Below, piece by piece: positions 33,158 through 42,230 of a DNA stretch of 64,000 bases. The position numbers and the translations under genes were made by a program. The stretch spans positions 1,524 to 65,523 of the forward strand of contig JAESSA010000009.1 in the NCBI GenBank assembly GCA_016764355.1, given 5' to 3'. This stretch comes from Sneathiella sp. Its GTDB lineage: Bacteria > Pseudomonadota > Alphaproteobacteria > Sneathiellales > Sneathiellaceae. Position 1 is the stretch's first letter. Each line of letters begins with the position of its first letter. Below the pieces are notes generated by a model, which saw only the letters and a program-made list of their open reading frames with translations, did not search any database and was not told where the DNA came from.

Positions 33158-34084
33158 TTAGCTGCTTACAGCTGCTGCAACTTCTGCTGCGAAATCAGAT
33201 TCTACTTTTTCAATGCCTTCACCGACGGCAAAGCGAACCATGGCAGTCAATTTGATTGGGCTACCAATTTCTTTTGCCACCAGATCAATTGCTTTTTCAA
33301 CAGAGTTTTCGCCGTCGATGACGAAAGTCTGTTTAAGAAGAACAACTTCCTGATAGAATTTGTTAATACGCCCTTCGATCATTTTCGCGATAATTTCTTC
33401 TGGCTTACCAGATTCGCGCGCTTGATCAGAAAGAACTGTACGCTCACGCTCAATTGACGCTGGATCCAAATCATCAACACTGATTGATTCAGGGTTCGTT
33501 GCGGCAACATGCATGGCAATCTGCTTACCAAGCACTTCAAGTCTTGCAGCATCGCCTTCACTCTCAAGCGCGATAAGGATACCGAGCGTACCCAAACCAT
33601 CAGTAACGGCATTATGCATGTAAGATGCAACAACACCCTTCTCGACAGACACACGTTCTGCACGACGAAGGTTCATGTTTTCACCAATAGTCGCGATGGC
33701 ATTAGTCAATGTAGATTCGACCGTGTCATCGGAACCTGGAAATTTGGCGCCCTTGATCACGTCAATATCGCCACCAAGCTCAAATGAAACAGAAGCAATG
33801 CCCCGCACCAAAGCTTGAAATTCATCACTACGACCAACAAAGTCAGTTTCCGCATTGATTTCTACGATGGCGCCAGTTGTGCCATTTGCCGAAACAGCAA
33901 CGAGGCCTTCAGCCGCAACGCGACCAGATTTTTTAGAAGCAGTGGCTAGGCCTTTAGTACGAAGCCAATCAATAGCTGCGTCAACATCACCTTCAACAGC
34001 AGTCAGGGCTTTTTTGCAGTCCATCATGCCGGCGCCGGATTTTACACGAAGTTCTTTAACCAGTGCGGGTGTAACTTTAGACAT
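33158..34084 (-). CDS. tsf: Elongation factor Ts
   Basis: LVKELR..SGAGMMDCKKAL, NAETDFV and IGENMNLRR motifs. Confidence 0.98.
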   Translation of the reverse strand: MSKVTPALVKELRVKSGAGMMDCKKALTAVEGDVDAAIDWLRTKGLATASKKSGRVAAEGLVAVSANGTTGAIVEINAETDFVGRSDEFQALVRGIASVSFELGGDIDVIKGAKFPGSDDTVESTLTNAIATIGENMNLRRAERVSVEKGVVASYMHNAVTDGLGTLGILIALESEGDAARLEVLGKQIAMHVAATNPESISVDDLDPASIERERTVLSDQARESGKPEEIIAKMIEGRINKFYQEVVLLKQTFVIDGENSVEKAIDLVAKEIGSPIKLTAMVRFAVGEGIEKVESDFAAEVAAAVSS

Positions 34085-34124
34085 AATTTGTCCTCATGTC
34101 TGAATTGTTGAATTAGAGAGGAGT

Positions 34125-34155
34125 TTGTCACACGCCCCTCGAGGGCATGTGACAA
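34125..34155 (-). terminator. Strong hairpin in the rpsB-tsf spacer (attenuator or stability element)
   Basis: UUGUCACAUGCCC...GGGCGUGUGACAA 13-bp stem just after the rpsB stop. The U tail is weak. Confidence 0.6.
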
Positions 34156-34161
34156 TATTCC

Positions 34162-35013
34162 TTATTCAGTTGTGGCAGCAGGCGCTTCAGTAGCGACAGC
34201 AGGCGCTTCAGTAGCGGCAACAGGTGCTTCAGTAGCCGCAGCTTCAACTGCAACTTCTTCAGCAACAGGAAGCTCTTCCAACATGGGAGCATCTGCAGCG
34301 CCAAGATCTTCACCTTGATCAGCCATTTCAACAGAAATACCGTCGATAACCGCTTGTTTGAACAGTTCGCAATACAAGTTGATTGCACGCAGAGCGTCAT
34401 CATTTCCTGGGATTGGAAAGTCAATGCCATCTGGGTTTGAGTTACTGTCGAGGATACCAACAACTGGGATACCCAGTTTGTTTGCTTCTTGAACAGCGAG
34501 TTCTTCTTTATTTGTATCGATAACAACGATAATGTTTGGAAGACCGCCCATATCCTTAATTCCGCCAAGGGCAAGATCAAGTTTGTCCCGCTCACGTGTC
34601 AGTTTAAGAAGTTCTTTTTTAGTAAGGCCGGCGCCGTCACCTGCAAGCTGCTCTTCAGCTTTACGAAGACGTTTGATTGAGCCAGAAACTGTTTTCCAGT
34701 TAGTCAGCATACCGCCGAGCCAACGATGGTTTACGTAGAACTGCGCACATTGCTTGGCGCTGTCTGCAACAACTTCAGATGCCTGGCGTTTTGTACCAAC
34801 AAACAGAACACGACCGCCGCCTGCAACTGTGTCACGCACAGCTTTAAGGGCTTGATGCAACATAGGAACAGTTTGCTGCAAGTCGATGATGTGGATGTTA
34901 TTCCGTTTTCCGAAGATGTATGGACCCATTTTTGGGTTCCAACGACGGGATTGGTGGCCAAAATGGACACCTGCTTCAAGTAGCTGACGCATAGTAAAAG
35001 TAGGCAGTGTCAT
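34162..35013 (-). CDS. rpsB: 30S ribosomal protein S2
   Basis: [27 protein letters not shown] and PGNDD motifs. Start ATG 35013 after AAGGAG; the ORF-track extension to 35172 covers the leader. Confidence 0.98.
   Translation of the reverse strand: MTLPTFTMRQLLEAGVHFGHQSRRWNPKMGPYIFGKRNNIHIIDLQQTVPMLHQALKAVRDTVAGGGRVLFVGTKRQASEVVADSAKQCAQFYVNHRWLGGMLTNWKTVSGSIKRLRKAEEQLAGDGAGLTKKELLKLTRERDKLDLALGGIKDMGGLPNIIVVIDTNKEELAVQEANKLGIPVVGILDSNSNPDGIDFPIPGNDDALRAINLYCELFKQAVIDGISVEMADQGEDLGAADAPMLEELPVAEEVAVEAAATEAPVAATEAPAVATEAPAATTE
34179..34241. repeat. 3 x 21-bp tandem repeat encoding ATEAP-containing heptapeptides in the S2 tail
   Basis: caggcgcttcagtagcgacag / caggcgcttcagtagcggcaa / caggtgcttcagtagccgcag. 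Confidence 0.85.
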
Positions 35014-35120
35014 GCTGCATAACTCCTTTTCCGGTTGAACCTCCGTGAGCCTTGGTCCAGACTTAGCTGAACACCGGAAGGGAGCCATCAACACAACGAC
35101 ACCCAAACTCACGTGTGAAT
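35014..35120 (-). ncRNA. rpsB 5' leader (t44/S2 autoregulatory-like cis element)
   Basis: CACACGUGAG (35117-35108) pairs with CUCACG followed by GAGG (35049-35040). UUCCGGU (35079-73) is complementary to ACCGGAA next to the RBS. Upstream TTGCAT-N17-TAGATA promoter with a GC-rich discriminator. Confidence 0.65.
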
Positions 35121-35210
35121 TTACAAGGCGGTATCTACCCCTCAAACGCATAATATGCAAGGGAAAAATCATTAAAAATGAGCTTCCCCTTAAATTACCT
35201 AATTATTTCA

Positions 35211-38200
35211 TCAAATATCGTGAACATCGACGACACCAGACACATATTTTATGGCCTGCCTGATCTCAGGAGAGATATTAAATGTCTTTGAAAGGTCAAG
35301 TTCTACTTCCTTGGATTCTCCCTCAAGATTTATCACAAAGGCAACACGTCCCCGTCCCGGCCCCCCTTTTTTGAGAACATCAGAGATTTGCTTGAGTGGC
35401 TTATCATCATCGATAAAGATCCGTACGCCATCACCTGTCTGCGCGGCAACAGTCTCCAACCTCTGAACGCCCGTTGCGGTTAATCTTGGTTGCTCATTAT
35501 CCACATTGCCCAGAACGCTCACCACAATAGAGCTTCCAACCTCTAACATGTCTTTGCATTGCATCAGGACTTCTTCGAACATGGTAACTTCAAACGCGCC
35601 AGAGCCATCAGATAGTTGAACAAAAGCAAGGGCCTTCCCTTTCTTTGTTCGCAGCTGACGCATTCCCATCACTGTTCCTGCAAGCTTGGCTGCAGTCTCG
35701 GACATACCGAGGGCCGCAATATAAGTCGCACTGCGTCGGACACCGGCCTTATCCAGAGTCTTCGCGTAGGCATCAAGGGGATGACCTGACAAATAGAAAC
35801 CAACCGCATCGAATTCGTGTTTCAATAATTCTGTTGATGTCCAACGGGATACTTTTGGTAAAGATGGTTTTGCTACAACTTCATTGTCAGGGCCGCCAAA
35901 CAGGTTAACCTGACCCGACCCCCGTTCTTCTTGTGCTTGCTGAGCCTGACGAAGAAGAATTTCAATGGACGAAAATACTTGCGCCCGATCTCCATGAAGG
36001 ACTTCAAACGCGCCCGCACGTGTCAGGTTTTCAGCTTGCCGCTTATTCATATGTTTGGGATTAAGTCGATTAGAAAAATCGAATAGATCTTTAAAAGGCC
36101 CGTTTTCAACACGTTCCCTAACGATCCCGGCCATCGCTTCTTTACCAACATTCTTAACAGCGGCGAGTGCATAGCGAACGGCCCCTTTCTCGCCTTCAAA
36201 CTCAACCGAAAACTCAACTTCCGAATTGTTCAGACATGGCGGATGGAGGGGAATTTTCATCCGTTCCAAATCTTGCCGAAAAATATTCAATTTATCTGTA
36301 TTATTAAGATCGAGACTCATGGATGCCGCCATAAACTCAACCGGATAGTTCGCCTTTAAATACGCTGTGTGGTAGGACACCAACGCATAGGCTGCCGCGT
36401 GGGATTTATTGAAACCATAACTGGCAAACTTTGCCACAAGATCAAAAATATGGCTGGCCTCTTTCGCTTTAACCCCTTGGTCAACCGCGCCATTACAGAA
36501 GCGTTCTCGCTGTTGATCCATCTCTGCCTTAATCTTTTTACCCATGGCGCGGCGGAGTAGATCAGCTTCACCAAGGCTATATCCGGCTAGAACCTTGGCT
36601 ATTTCCATCACTTGTTCCTGATAGATGATAACGCCGTAAGTTTCTTCCAGAATATGTTTTAACTTCGGATGCAGGTAATTGGGCTCTTCTTCCCCATGTT
36701 TACATCGAATATAAGTCGGGATATTTTCCATGGGACCCGGACGATAGAGAGCCACGATCGCGATAATATCTTCAAAGGCATCGGGACGCATTTTTCGAAG
36801 CATGTCCCGCATGCCTGAACTTTCAAGCTGGAAGACACCAACTGAATTACCGCTTGATAACAGCTCGAAGGTTTTTGCGTCATCAAAAGGAATTTGCGGG
36901 AAATCAATTTTCACTCCTCTTTTCGCAATTAAATCCTTAGCGCGATCAAGAACGGTGAGGGTTTTCAGACCCAAAAAGTCAAACTTGACCAGCCCAGCCG
37001 TCTCAACATATTTCATGGAATATTGGGTGACGGGCATGTCGGACCTAGGATCGCGATAAAGCGGAACGAGCTTGTCCAGTTGCCGATCTCCAATGACAAC
37101 ACCCGCCGCATGGGTCGAAGCGTGCCGATACAGTCCTTCCAACTTCAACGCAATTTCGATAAGCCGGGCAACTTCCGGATCACTGCGCCGAGCCTCCCGT
37201 AATGGGACTTCCGTATCAATCGCTTCTTGCAAACTCATAGGATTTGCAGGGTTCGCCGGGATCATTTTACTGATCCGGTCCACTTGACCATAAGGCATTT
37301 GCAAAACGCGCCCCACGTCACGAATAGCGGCCTTGGCTTGCAACTTACCGAAAGTGATAATTTGGGCCACTTGATCATGGCCGTATTTATCCTGCACATA
37401 GCGAATAACCCGCTCCCGCTTATCTTGACAGAAATCGATATCAAAATCGGGCATGCTCACGCGTTCAGGGTTCAAAAACCGCTCAAACAGCAATCCAAAT
37501 CGCAAGGGGTCCAAATCCGTAATGGTCAGCGCCCAGGCGACAACAGAACCCGCACCCGAACCACGCCCCGGTCCCACCGGAATATTTTGATCCTTCGACC
37601 ACTGGATAAAATCCGATACGATCAGGAAGTAACCTGGGAAACCCATCTGATTGATAATGCCAATCTCATAGTCCAAGCGATCGAAATACTCTTTCCGTTT
37701 AGCTTCCCGCGCTGCGTCGTCCATATCATCCGTATAGACTTCGTTATCCATCCGTTTCTTAAGGCCGTCTGTGGCAAGTGCTTCAAGGGCACCCGCCTCA
37801 TCCATCCCCTCACCCGAGGAGAAGGCTGGCAAAATCGGATCCCGAACGGGTGATTGAAATGCGCACCGTTTGGCAATGATCAGGCTATTGGAGATCGCCT
37901 CTGGTAAATCTGCAAACAATTCCTGCATTTCATTGGCAGATTTGAAATAATGTTCAGGGGTGCGTCTGTTGCGTTCCAAATCCCCTACATATTTCCCATC
38001 AGCGATACAAAGAAGCGCATCATGGGCGTCATACATATCTTTTTTTGGAAAGAAACATTCATTTGTCGCAACCAGCGGGACATCCATATCATAAGCTAGA
38101 TCCAACATGCCCGGCTCTGTTTGTCTTTCCAGCTCTACGCCATGGCGCTGCAATTCCATGTAAAGTCGATTGGGGAAAAGTTCTTTCAAGAAAGTGAGAT

Positions 38201-38720
38201 ATTCACCAGCGGCAGCAAATTGTTCTTCCGCGACCAAGCGGCCGATCGGTCCTTCCGCCCCGCCCGTCAGGCAAATAATACCTTCAGAGTATTTTGCCAG
38301 AACATCTTTGGGAACCTGCGCGCTCTCACCTGCTTCTGTTTTCAAAAATGCATGAGAGCTTAATTTCAGAAGATTGTAATAACCTTCTTCATTTTGAGCG
38401 AGGAAAACCACTTTATCAGGTTCAGGCTTGCGCCCGACGCGATCAACGCCTCCATCATTGGTGAGAGCTAACTGACACCCGATAATGGGTTGAACACCTC
38501 CGCCAGGAAAAGAGAGTGACATTTCAAGGGAGCCGAAAAGGTTGCTCGTATCCGTGATAGCCACAGCGGGCATGTCATTTTTCTGACACAACCCCAACAG
38601 TTTTTTAACCTGGATTGCCCCTTCGGACAGGGAGTAAGCGGTGTGAACCCGCAGATGGACAAAACCGGCATGGGACAAGGGAGCATCCTCTAACAAAAAC
38701 TTCATTCTGCCCATTATCAC
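35211..38720 (-). CDS. dnaE: DNA polymerase III alpha subunit (replicative DnaE1)
   Basis: PHP domain FVHLRVHTAYSL, GPGRGSGAGS, MPDFDIDF, KFDFLGL and YGFNKSH. Exact start uncertain (38705-38720). Confidence 0.98.
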   Translation of the reverse strand: MIMGRMKFLLEDAPLSHAGFVHLRVHTAYSLSEGAIQVKKLLGLCQKNDMPAVAITDTSNLFGSLEMSLSFPGGGVQPIIGCQLALTNDGGVDRVGRKPEPDKVVFLAQNEEGYYNLLKLSSHAFLKTEAGESAQVPKDVLAKYSEGIICLTGGAEGPIGRLVAEEQFAAAGEYLTFLKELFPNRLYMELQRHGVELERQTEPGMLDLAYDMDVPLVATNECFFPKKDMYDAHDALLCIADGKYVGDLERNRRTPEHYFKSANEMQELFADLPEAISNSLIIAKRCAFQSPVRDPILPAFSSGEGMDEAGALEALATDGLKKRMDNEVYTDDMDDAAREAKRKEYFDRLDYEIGIINQMGFPGYFLIVSDFIQWSKDQNIPVGPGRGSGAGSVVAWALTITDLDPLRFGLLFERFLNPERVSMPDFDIDFCQDKRERVIRYVQDKYGHDQVAQIITFGKLQAKAAIRDVGRVLQMPYGQVDRISKMIPANPANPMSLQEAIDTEVPLREARRSDPEVARLIEIALKLEGLYRHASTHAAGVVIGDRQLDKLVPLYRDPRSDMPVTQYSMKYVETAGLVKFDFLGLKTLTVLDRAKDLIAKRGVKIDFPQIPFDDAKTFELLSSGNSVGVFQLESSGMRDMLRKMRPDAFEDIIAIVALYRPGPMENIPTYIRCKHGEEEPNYLHPKLKHILEETYGVIIYQEQVMEIAKVLAGYSLGEADLLRRAMGKKIKAEMDQQRERFCNGAVDQGVKAKEASHIFDLVAKFASYGFNKSHAAAYALVSYHTAYLKANYPVEFMAASMSLDLNNTDKLNIFRQDLERMKIPLHPPCLNNSEVEFSVEFEGEKGAVRYALAAVKNVGKEAMAGIVRERVENGPFKDLFDFSNRLNPKHMNKRQAENLTRAGAFEVLHGDRAQVFSSIEILLRQAQQAQEERGSGQVNLFGGPDNEVVAKPSLPKVSRWTSTELLKHEFDAVGFYLSGHPLDAYAKTLDKAGVRRSATYIAALGMSETAAKLAGTVMGMRQLRTKKGKALAFVQLSDGSGAFEVTMFEEVLMQCKDMLEVGSSIVVSVLGNVDNEQPRLTATGVQRLETVAAQTGDGVRIFIDDDKPLKQISDVLKKGGPGRGRVAFVINLEGESKEVELDLSKTFNISPEIRQAIKYVSGVVDVHDI

Positions 38721-38771
38721 ACATCCTCTTCAAAAGATCAGTCTTTGATACCTTCCCTTTTAAAAAATTTT

Positions 38772-38780
38772 TGTGGATAA
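38772..38780 (-). promoter_or_regulatory. Perfect DnaA box (TTATCCACA) upstream of dnaE
   Basis: Plus-strand TGTGGATAA in the 100-bp spacer before dnaE. Confidence 0.55.
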
Positions 38781-38820
38781 GTTGCGCAGGCTGGCCCCCG
38801 AGACCGCAACTAATAATCCC

Positions 38821-38928
38821 TCATCCAGTGAAACTGCGCACAAGCTCTGCCCAAAACACCATTGTACCAAGAGCGCCACCGAAAACGATTGTCTCGAACG
38901 CGTTCTTTTTCCAATTCATATTTTCCAT
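38821..38928 (-). CDS. Unannotated 35-aa LexA-controlled membrane peptide (SidA-like candidate)
   Basis: Manual translation MENMNWKKNAFETIVFGGALGTMVFWAELVRSFTG*. RBS GGAGGAG (38941-38935) 6 nt before the ATG. One hydrophobic helix. Has its own promoter with a LexA box. Confidence 0.8.
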   Translation of the reverse strand: MENMNWKKNAFETIVFGGALGTMVFWAELVRSFTG

Positions 38929-38957
38929 TTTCGTCTCCTCCGTTGTTCATTGAGGTC

Positions 38958-38986
38958 AGAATGTTCTTGTTTTGTTCTTTTGTCAA
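38958..38986 (-). promoter_or_regulatory. SOS promoter: -35 TTGACA, N17, -10 CATTCT, with a perfect LexA box in the spacer
   Basis: TTGACA at 38986-81 and CATTCT at 38963-58. GTTCTTGTTTTGTTC at 38963-38977 (GAAC-N7-GAAC on the sense strand). Confidence 0.85.
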
Positions 38987-39459
38987 ATAAAAAGTGAAAC
39001 ACCGTTTTTACCGGTATAGAACGGCAGAAAACTAGCCTTTGTAACCAACGATATTTGTTTAGATAACTTGTTCTAATTTGACAGGATGAAATCAAAAATA
39101 TTTTTAGCCAAGCGAGCTGCAATCGAATTCAGCGTCGTCTCTCATTTGGTATTCAGTGCCTTAGGAAATTTATCGCCCGCGTCAGCAGCAACAAATAAGT
39201 GACACAAAAAACGCAAAGCTATGGACTAAAGGTCGTACTCTGCCTCAAAAATTCATAGAAACGGTTTTGTTTCATGAACCTTATAAAAGCAGCATTAACC
39301 AACACAAATATGGAATAAAATGCAGTGAATTCAGTTAAGGAATCGACGTTGATCAAGGAATTTTCGACATGGATAATTTAAACGTTGAATAAGATCTATC
39401 GGTAGTCGAGTTTAAAACATACAAAAGTATCACTTTTGAGAAGAGTTGCCTTAATGCAA

Positions 39460-39675
39460 CTAGAGTTCTTCAATCATCTTTTTGATTTTTACGGCTTTCT
39501 CAAAATGATTTAGCTTATGGGCCAAAATCCACCACTCTGCCGCTTCCATTAGTAATTCCGGATCATCGTTCTTATTGGCGAAAAAGGCGTAAAAGGACAG
39601 ACCAACATTACTACCTTTCTGTGCGATTTTTGTATTACAAACAGAGATGATTTTTTGTTTTAAAGTGTCTCTCAT
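39460..39675 (-). CDS. Small conserved hypothetical protein (resembles the DUF6500 family)
   Basis: MRDTLKQKIISVCNTKIAQKGSNVGLSFYAFFANKNDDPELLMEAAEWWI...HFEKA. Family recalled from memory. Start set at ATG 39675. Confidence 0.65.
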   Translation of the reverse strand: MRDTLKQKIISVCNTKIAQKGSNVGLSFYAFFANKNDDPELLMEAAEWWILAHKLNHFEKAVKIKKMIEEL

Positions 39676-39761
39676 ACGCCTGCCAACTGCTCCCAATTTA
39701 AGTCGACATTTCTCATAACAAAATAGCTGTGCTTTAGGCAAGATAAGAAAGCTCAATTAGA

Positions 39762-40679
39762 TTAATCAGTAAAGTAACCATTCTCTCTAATTGCCTTTAG
39801 CACCGCAAAAGATGTCTGTTCCACGTTTTGAGCGGAGGTATCAATTTCAATGTCAGCCCGCGCGTAAAGGGCTTCCCGACTCATGAGAATCCCCCGCAGC
39901 TCGCTCATAGCTTCCGGATTTCCCGCCATAGGGCGTTCGTCCCCTTGCTCCCGCACCCGGCTCATATGATCTGTTGGGTCGGCTTTCAGCCAGATTGTAT
40001 GATAGTGGCGGAGGAGATAATTAAAAGTTTCAGGTTCCGACACGATCCCCCCAGCCACAGCAAGCGCAATGGTTGAATGGGTCGCGGCGACACGTTCAAG
40101 GGATTGTTTCTCTAACCTGCGATACCCTTCCTGACCGTAAAGGGCGATGACCTCATTCACCGGCATACCGCTGGCCTGCTCGATCTCCTCATTCAGCTCG
40201 AGGAACGGAACATTGAGTTTTTCAGCGGTCACGCGACCAATTGTTGATTTCCCGGCGCCGCGCAAGCCAATAAAGGCGATCCGACCTGCTCGCTTGGCGG
40301 TCGGTTCCTCCGGATCAAGGATTTTGAGAACGCGGGCACGGGTTTGTTGATCGGCCTGACTGAATAAAGACAAGGCCGCCAGAGTGTCAGATGAATACGG
40401 ATCTTCCTCTCCCACCAACCATTCAATTTTATAATCGAGTGCTTCTGCCACGCGGCGGAGAAGGATAATGGAGATATTCCCAGATCCACTTTCCAACTGC
40501 GCCAGATAACGCAATGAGACACCGGATATTTCTGCGAGCACTTTACGAGATATATTTTTGCGGGAACGCGCGGCTCGCACCCGGTCTCCCAAACGCACGA
40601 GGAAAGCATGGGTTAGGTCTTCCGCTTCAGAAGCCCCTTCCCCATTTTTTCCGTCGAATGTCGCAATTTCATTTTCCAT
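39762..40679 (-). CDS. boxR: BzdR/BoxR-family repressor (XRE HTH plus shikimate-kinase-like benzoyl-CoA sensor)
   Basis: N-terminal HTH (SGVSLRYLAQLESGSGNISI) and C-terminal GLRGAGKST P-loop; adjacent to boxB. Confidence 0.92.
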   Translation of the reverse strand: MENEIATFDGKNGEGASEAEDLTHAFLVRLGDRVRAARSRKNISRKVLAEISGVSLRYLAQLESGSGNISIILLRRVAEALDYKIEWLVGEEDPYSSDTLAALSLFSQADQQTRARVLKILDPEEPTAKRAGRIAFIGLRGAGKSTIGRVTAEKLNVPFLELNEEIEQASGMPVNEVIALYGQEGYRRLEKQSLERVAATHSTIALAVAGGIVSEPETFNYLLRHYHTIWLKADPTDHMSRVREQGDERPMAGNPEAMSELRGILMSREALYARADIEIDTSAQNVEQTSFAVLKAIRENGYFTD

Positions 40680-40699
40680 TGAAGGACATATACTTATCG

Positions 40700-42151
40700 C
40701 TAGGACTGATGCAATTGAACATATTCAAAGTCGCCCGGTTGATTGTTAATACCCAGTTTTGGGGGTGCAATCCACCCGGCATATTTTCCGGGCTCGGTAA
40801 CCGGCACCATCAAGGACTGAATAAAATCGCCATCTGCTGAAGTAGGAAGCCATTCGTATTTTTTCGCTTCCCATTGCGCGTCAGAGATAATGTCTCCATC
40901 CGGTGTGACATTTACATTTGCAAATTCGCCGATCTGACGATGGAATGCTTGATGAGGCATTTTCAAATCGAAATTGATACCGACTTTCTTGATAATAGCA
41001 TTCCATCTGACGACACCGCCTGACGCCTCTCTCGCATAATCATTGCGAAGTCGCATATTGAGGGCGGAAAGTGCGGGAACTTGTTCTTCCACAAACTTCC
41101 CATCTACCATTCTAGTCACAGGATAGGTATCATTTAACAGCTTATGATCATCATCAATGCGTGTTTCGCGATACCGGCCTTTAACACCGGCACTAAAGGC
41201 ATTCGCCGCATTGGTTGAGATTTCTGAGCCGAAAAGATCAAGAGACAATGTATAGTGAAGATTGAGTTTCTTCTGGATAGTCGGCAGATCAATCACGCCT
41301 AGATTTCGAACGGCTTCAATATTGTACGGATCATCAATACCGGCCTCCTTCATCGCCTCACATGTGCGCCGGACAACGCGACCAACCCCCGTATCCCCCA
41401 CAAACATATGATGGGCTTCTTCTGTCAACATAAAGCGGCATGTGCGCGATAGCGGATCAAAGCCAGACTGGGCAAGGCTTTCCAGCTGCATTTTGCCATC
41501 ACGGTCAGTGAAGTAGGTAAACATGAAGAAAGATAGCCAATCGGGAGTTTCCTCATTAAACGCCCCCAACATACGAGGTGCGTCTTCTGAACCTGAACAC
41601 CGCTGCAGCAGCCCATTTGCTTCTTCGCGACCATCGCGACCAAAATATTTCTGTAGAAGGTAGACCATGGCCCAAAGATGCCGACCTTCCTCAACATTCA
41701 CCTGAAACAGGTTTCTCATGTCATATAAGGACGGCGCGGTTTTCCCAAGGAAACGCTGTTGTTCAACAGAAGCCGGTTCTGTATCGCCCTGAATAACAAT
41801 AAGGCGGCGGAACATGGAGCGGTATTCGCCAGGAATTTCTTGCCAAACAGGTTCGCCAAAATGTTCTCCGCACGGGATAACGCGGTTTTCCACCTGGGGG
41901 GCGAGCAGAATGCCCCAACGATAGTCGGGCATTTTCACATAATCAAATTTGGCCCAGCCCTTTGGATCAACACTCACCGCTGTACGCAAATAAACCTGCT
42001 CATCATGATAGCCATTAGGGCCTAATTCTTTCCACCAATTAATATAACCCGGGTGCCACTTTTCCAAAGCCTTCAAAACACGCTTGTCACTGGACAAACC
42101 AACATTGTTTGGAATTTGTGTATCGTAGCTCACATTTATGAGGTCAACCAT
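40700..42151 (-). CDS. boxB: Benzoyl-CoA 2,3-epoxidase oxygenase subunit BoxB
   Basis: IPNNVGLS, QGDTEPASVEQQ, diiron motifs EEGRH and EEAHH, TDRDGK. Confidence 0.96.
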   Translation of the reverse strand: MVDLINVSYDTQIPNNVGLSSDKRVLKALEKWHPGYINWWKELGPNGYHDEQVYLRTAVSVDPKGWAKFDYVKMPDYRWGILLAPQVENRVIPCGEHFGEPVWQEIPGEYRSMFRRLIVIQGDTEPASVEQQRFLGKTAPSLYDMRNLFQVNVEEGRHLWAMVYLLQKYFGRDGREEANGLLQRCSGSEDAPRMLGAFNEETPDWLSFFMFTYFTDRDGKMQLESLAQSGFDPLSRTCRFMLTEEAHHMFVGDTGVGRVVRRTCEAMKEAGIDDPYNIEAVRNLGVIDLPTIQKKLNLHYTLSLDLFGSEISTNAANAFSAGVKGRYRETRIDDDHKLLNDTYPVTRMVDGKFVEEQVPALSALNMRLRNDYAREASGGVVRWNAIIKKVGINFDLKMPHQAFHRQIGEFANVNVTPDGDIISDAQWEAKKYEWLPTSADGDFIQSLMVPVTEPGKYAGWIAPPKLGINNQPGDFEYVQLHQS

Positions 42152-42230
42152 ATCGCACCCTCTTTTCTTTCATATTTGCGAAGGATTGCTCCCCCGTTAT
42201 TATTTTTCGGCCTAGAATTTTATTTCTCGG

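Noticed and set aside
35014-35172. 53-aa N-terminal extension of RpsB in the ORF track
   Set aside because: Covers the promoter and leader. The real start is ATG 35013 with an AAGGAG RBS.
37227-37853. 208-aa plus-strand ORF inside dnaE, and similar long antisense ORFs in proS, nuoN, lpxI and coaX
   Set aside because: Antisense shadows of conserved genes with no recognisable motifs.
39057-39073. GTTT...GTTC possible extra LexA box
   Set aside because: Spacer is 9 nt, not 7.
38916-39122. 68-aa minus-strand ORF, and plus-strand ORFs 38615-38953 and 38773-38997
   Set aside because: They run across the SOS promoter, RBS or peptide gene and show no convincing RBS or protein-like features. The 35-aa ORF explains the signals better.
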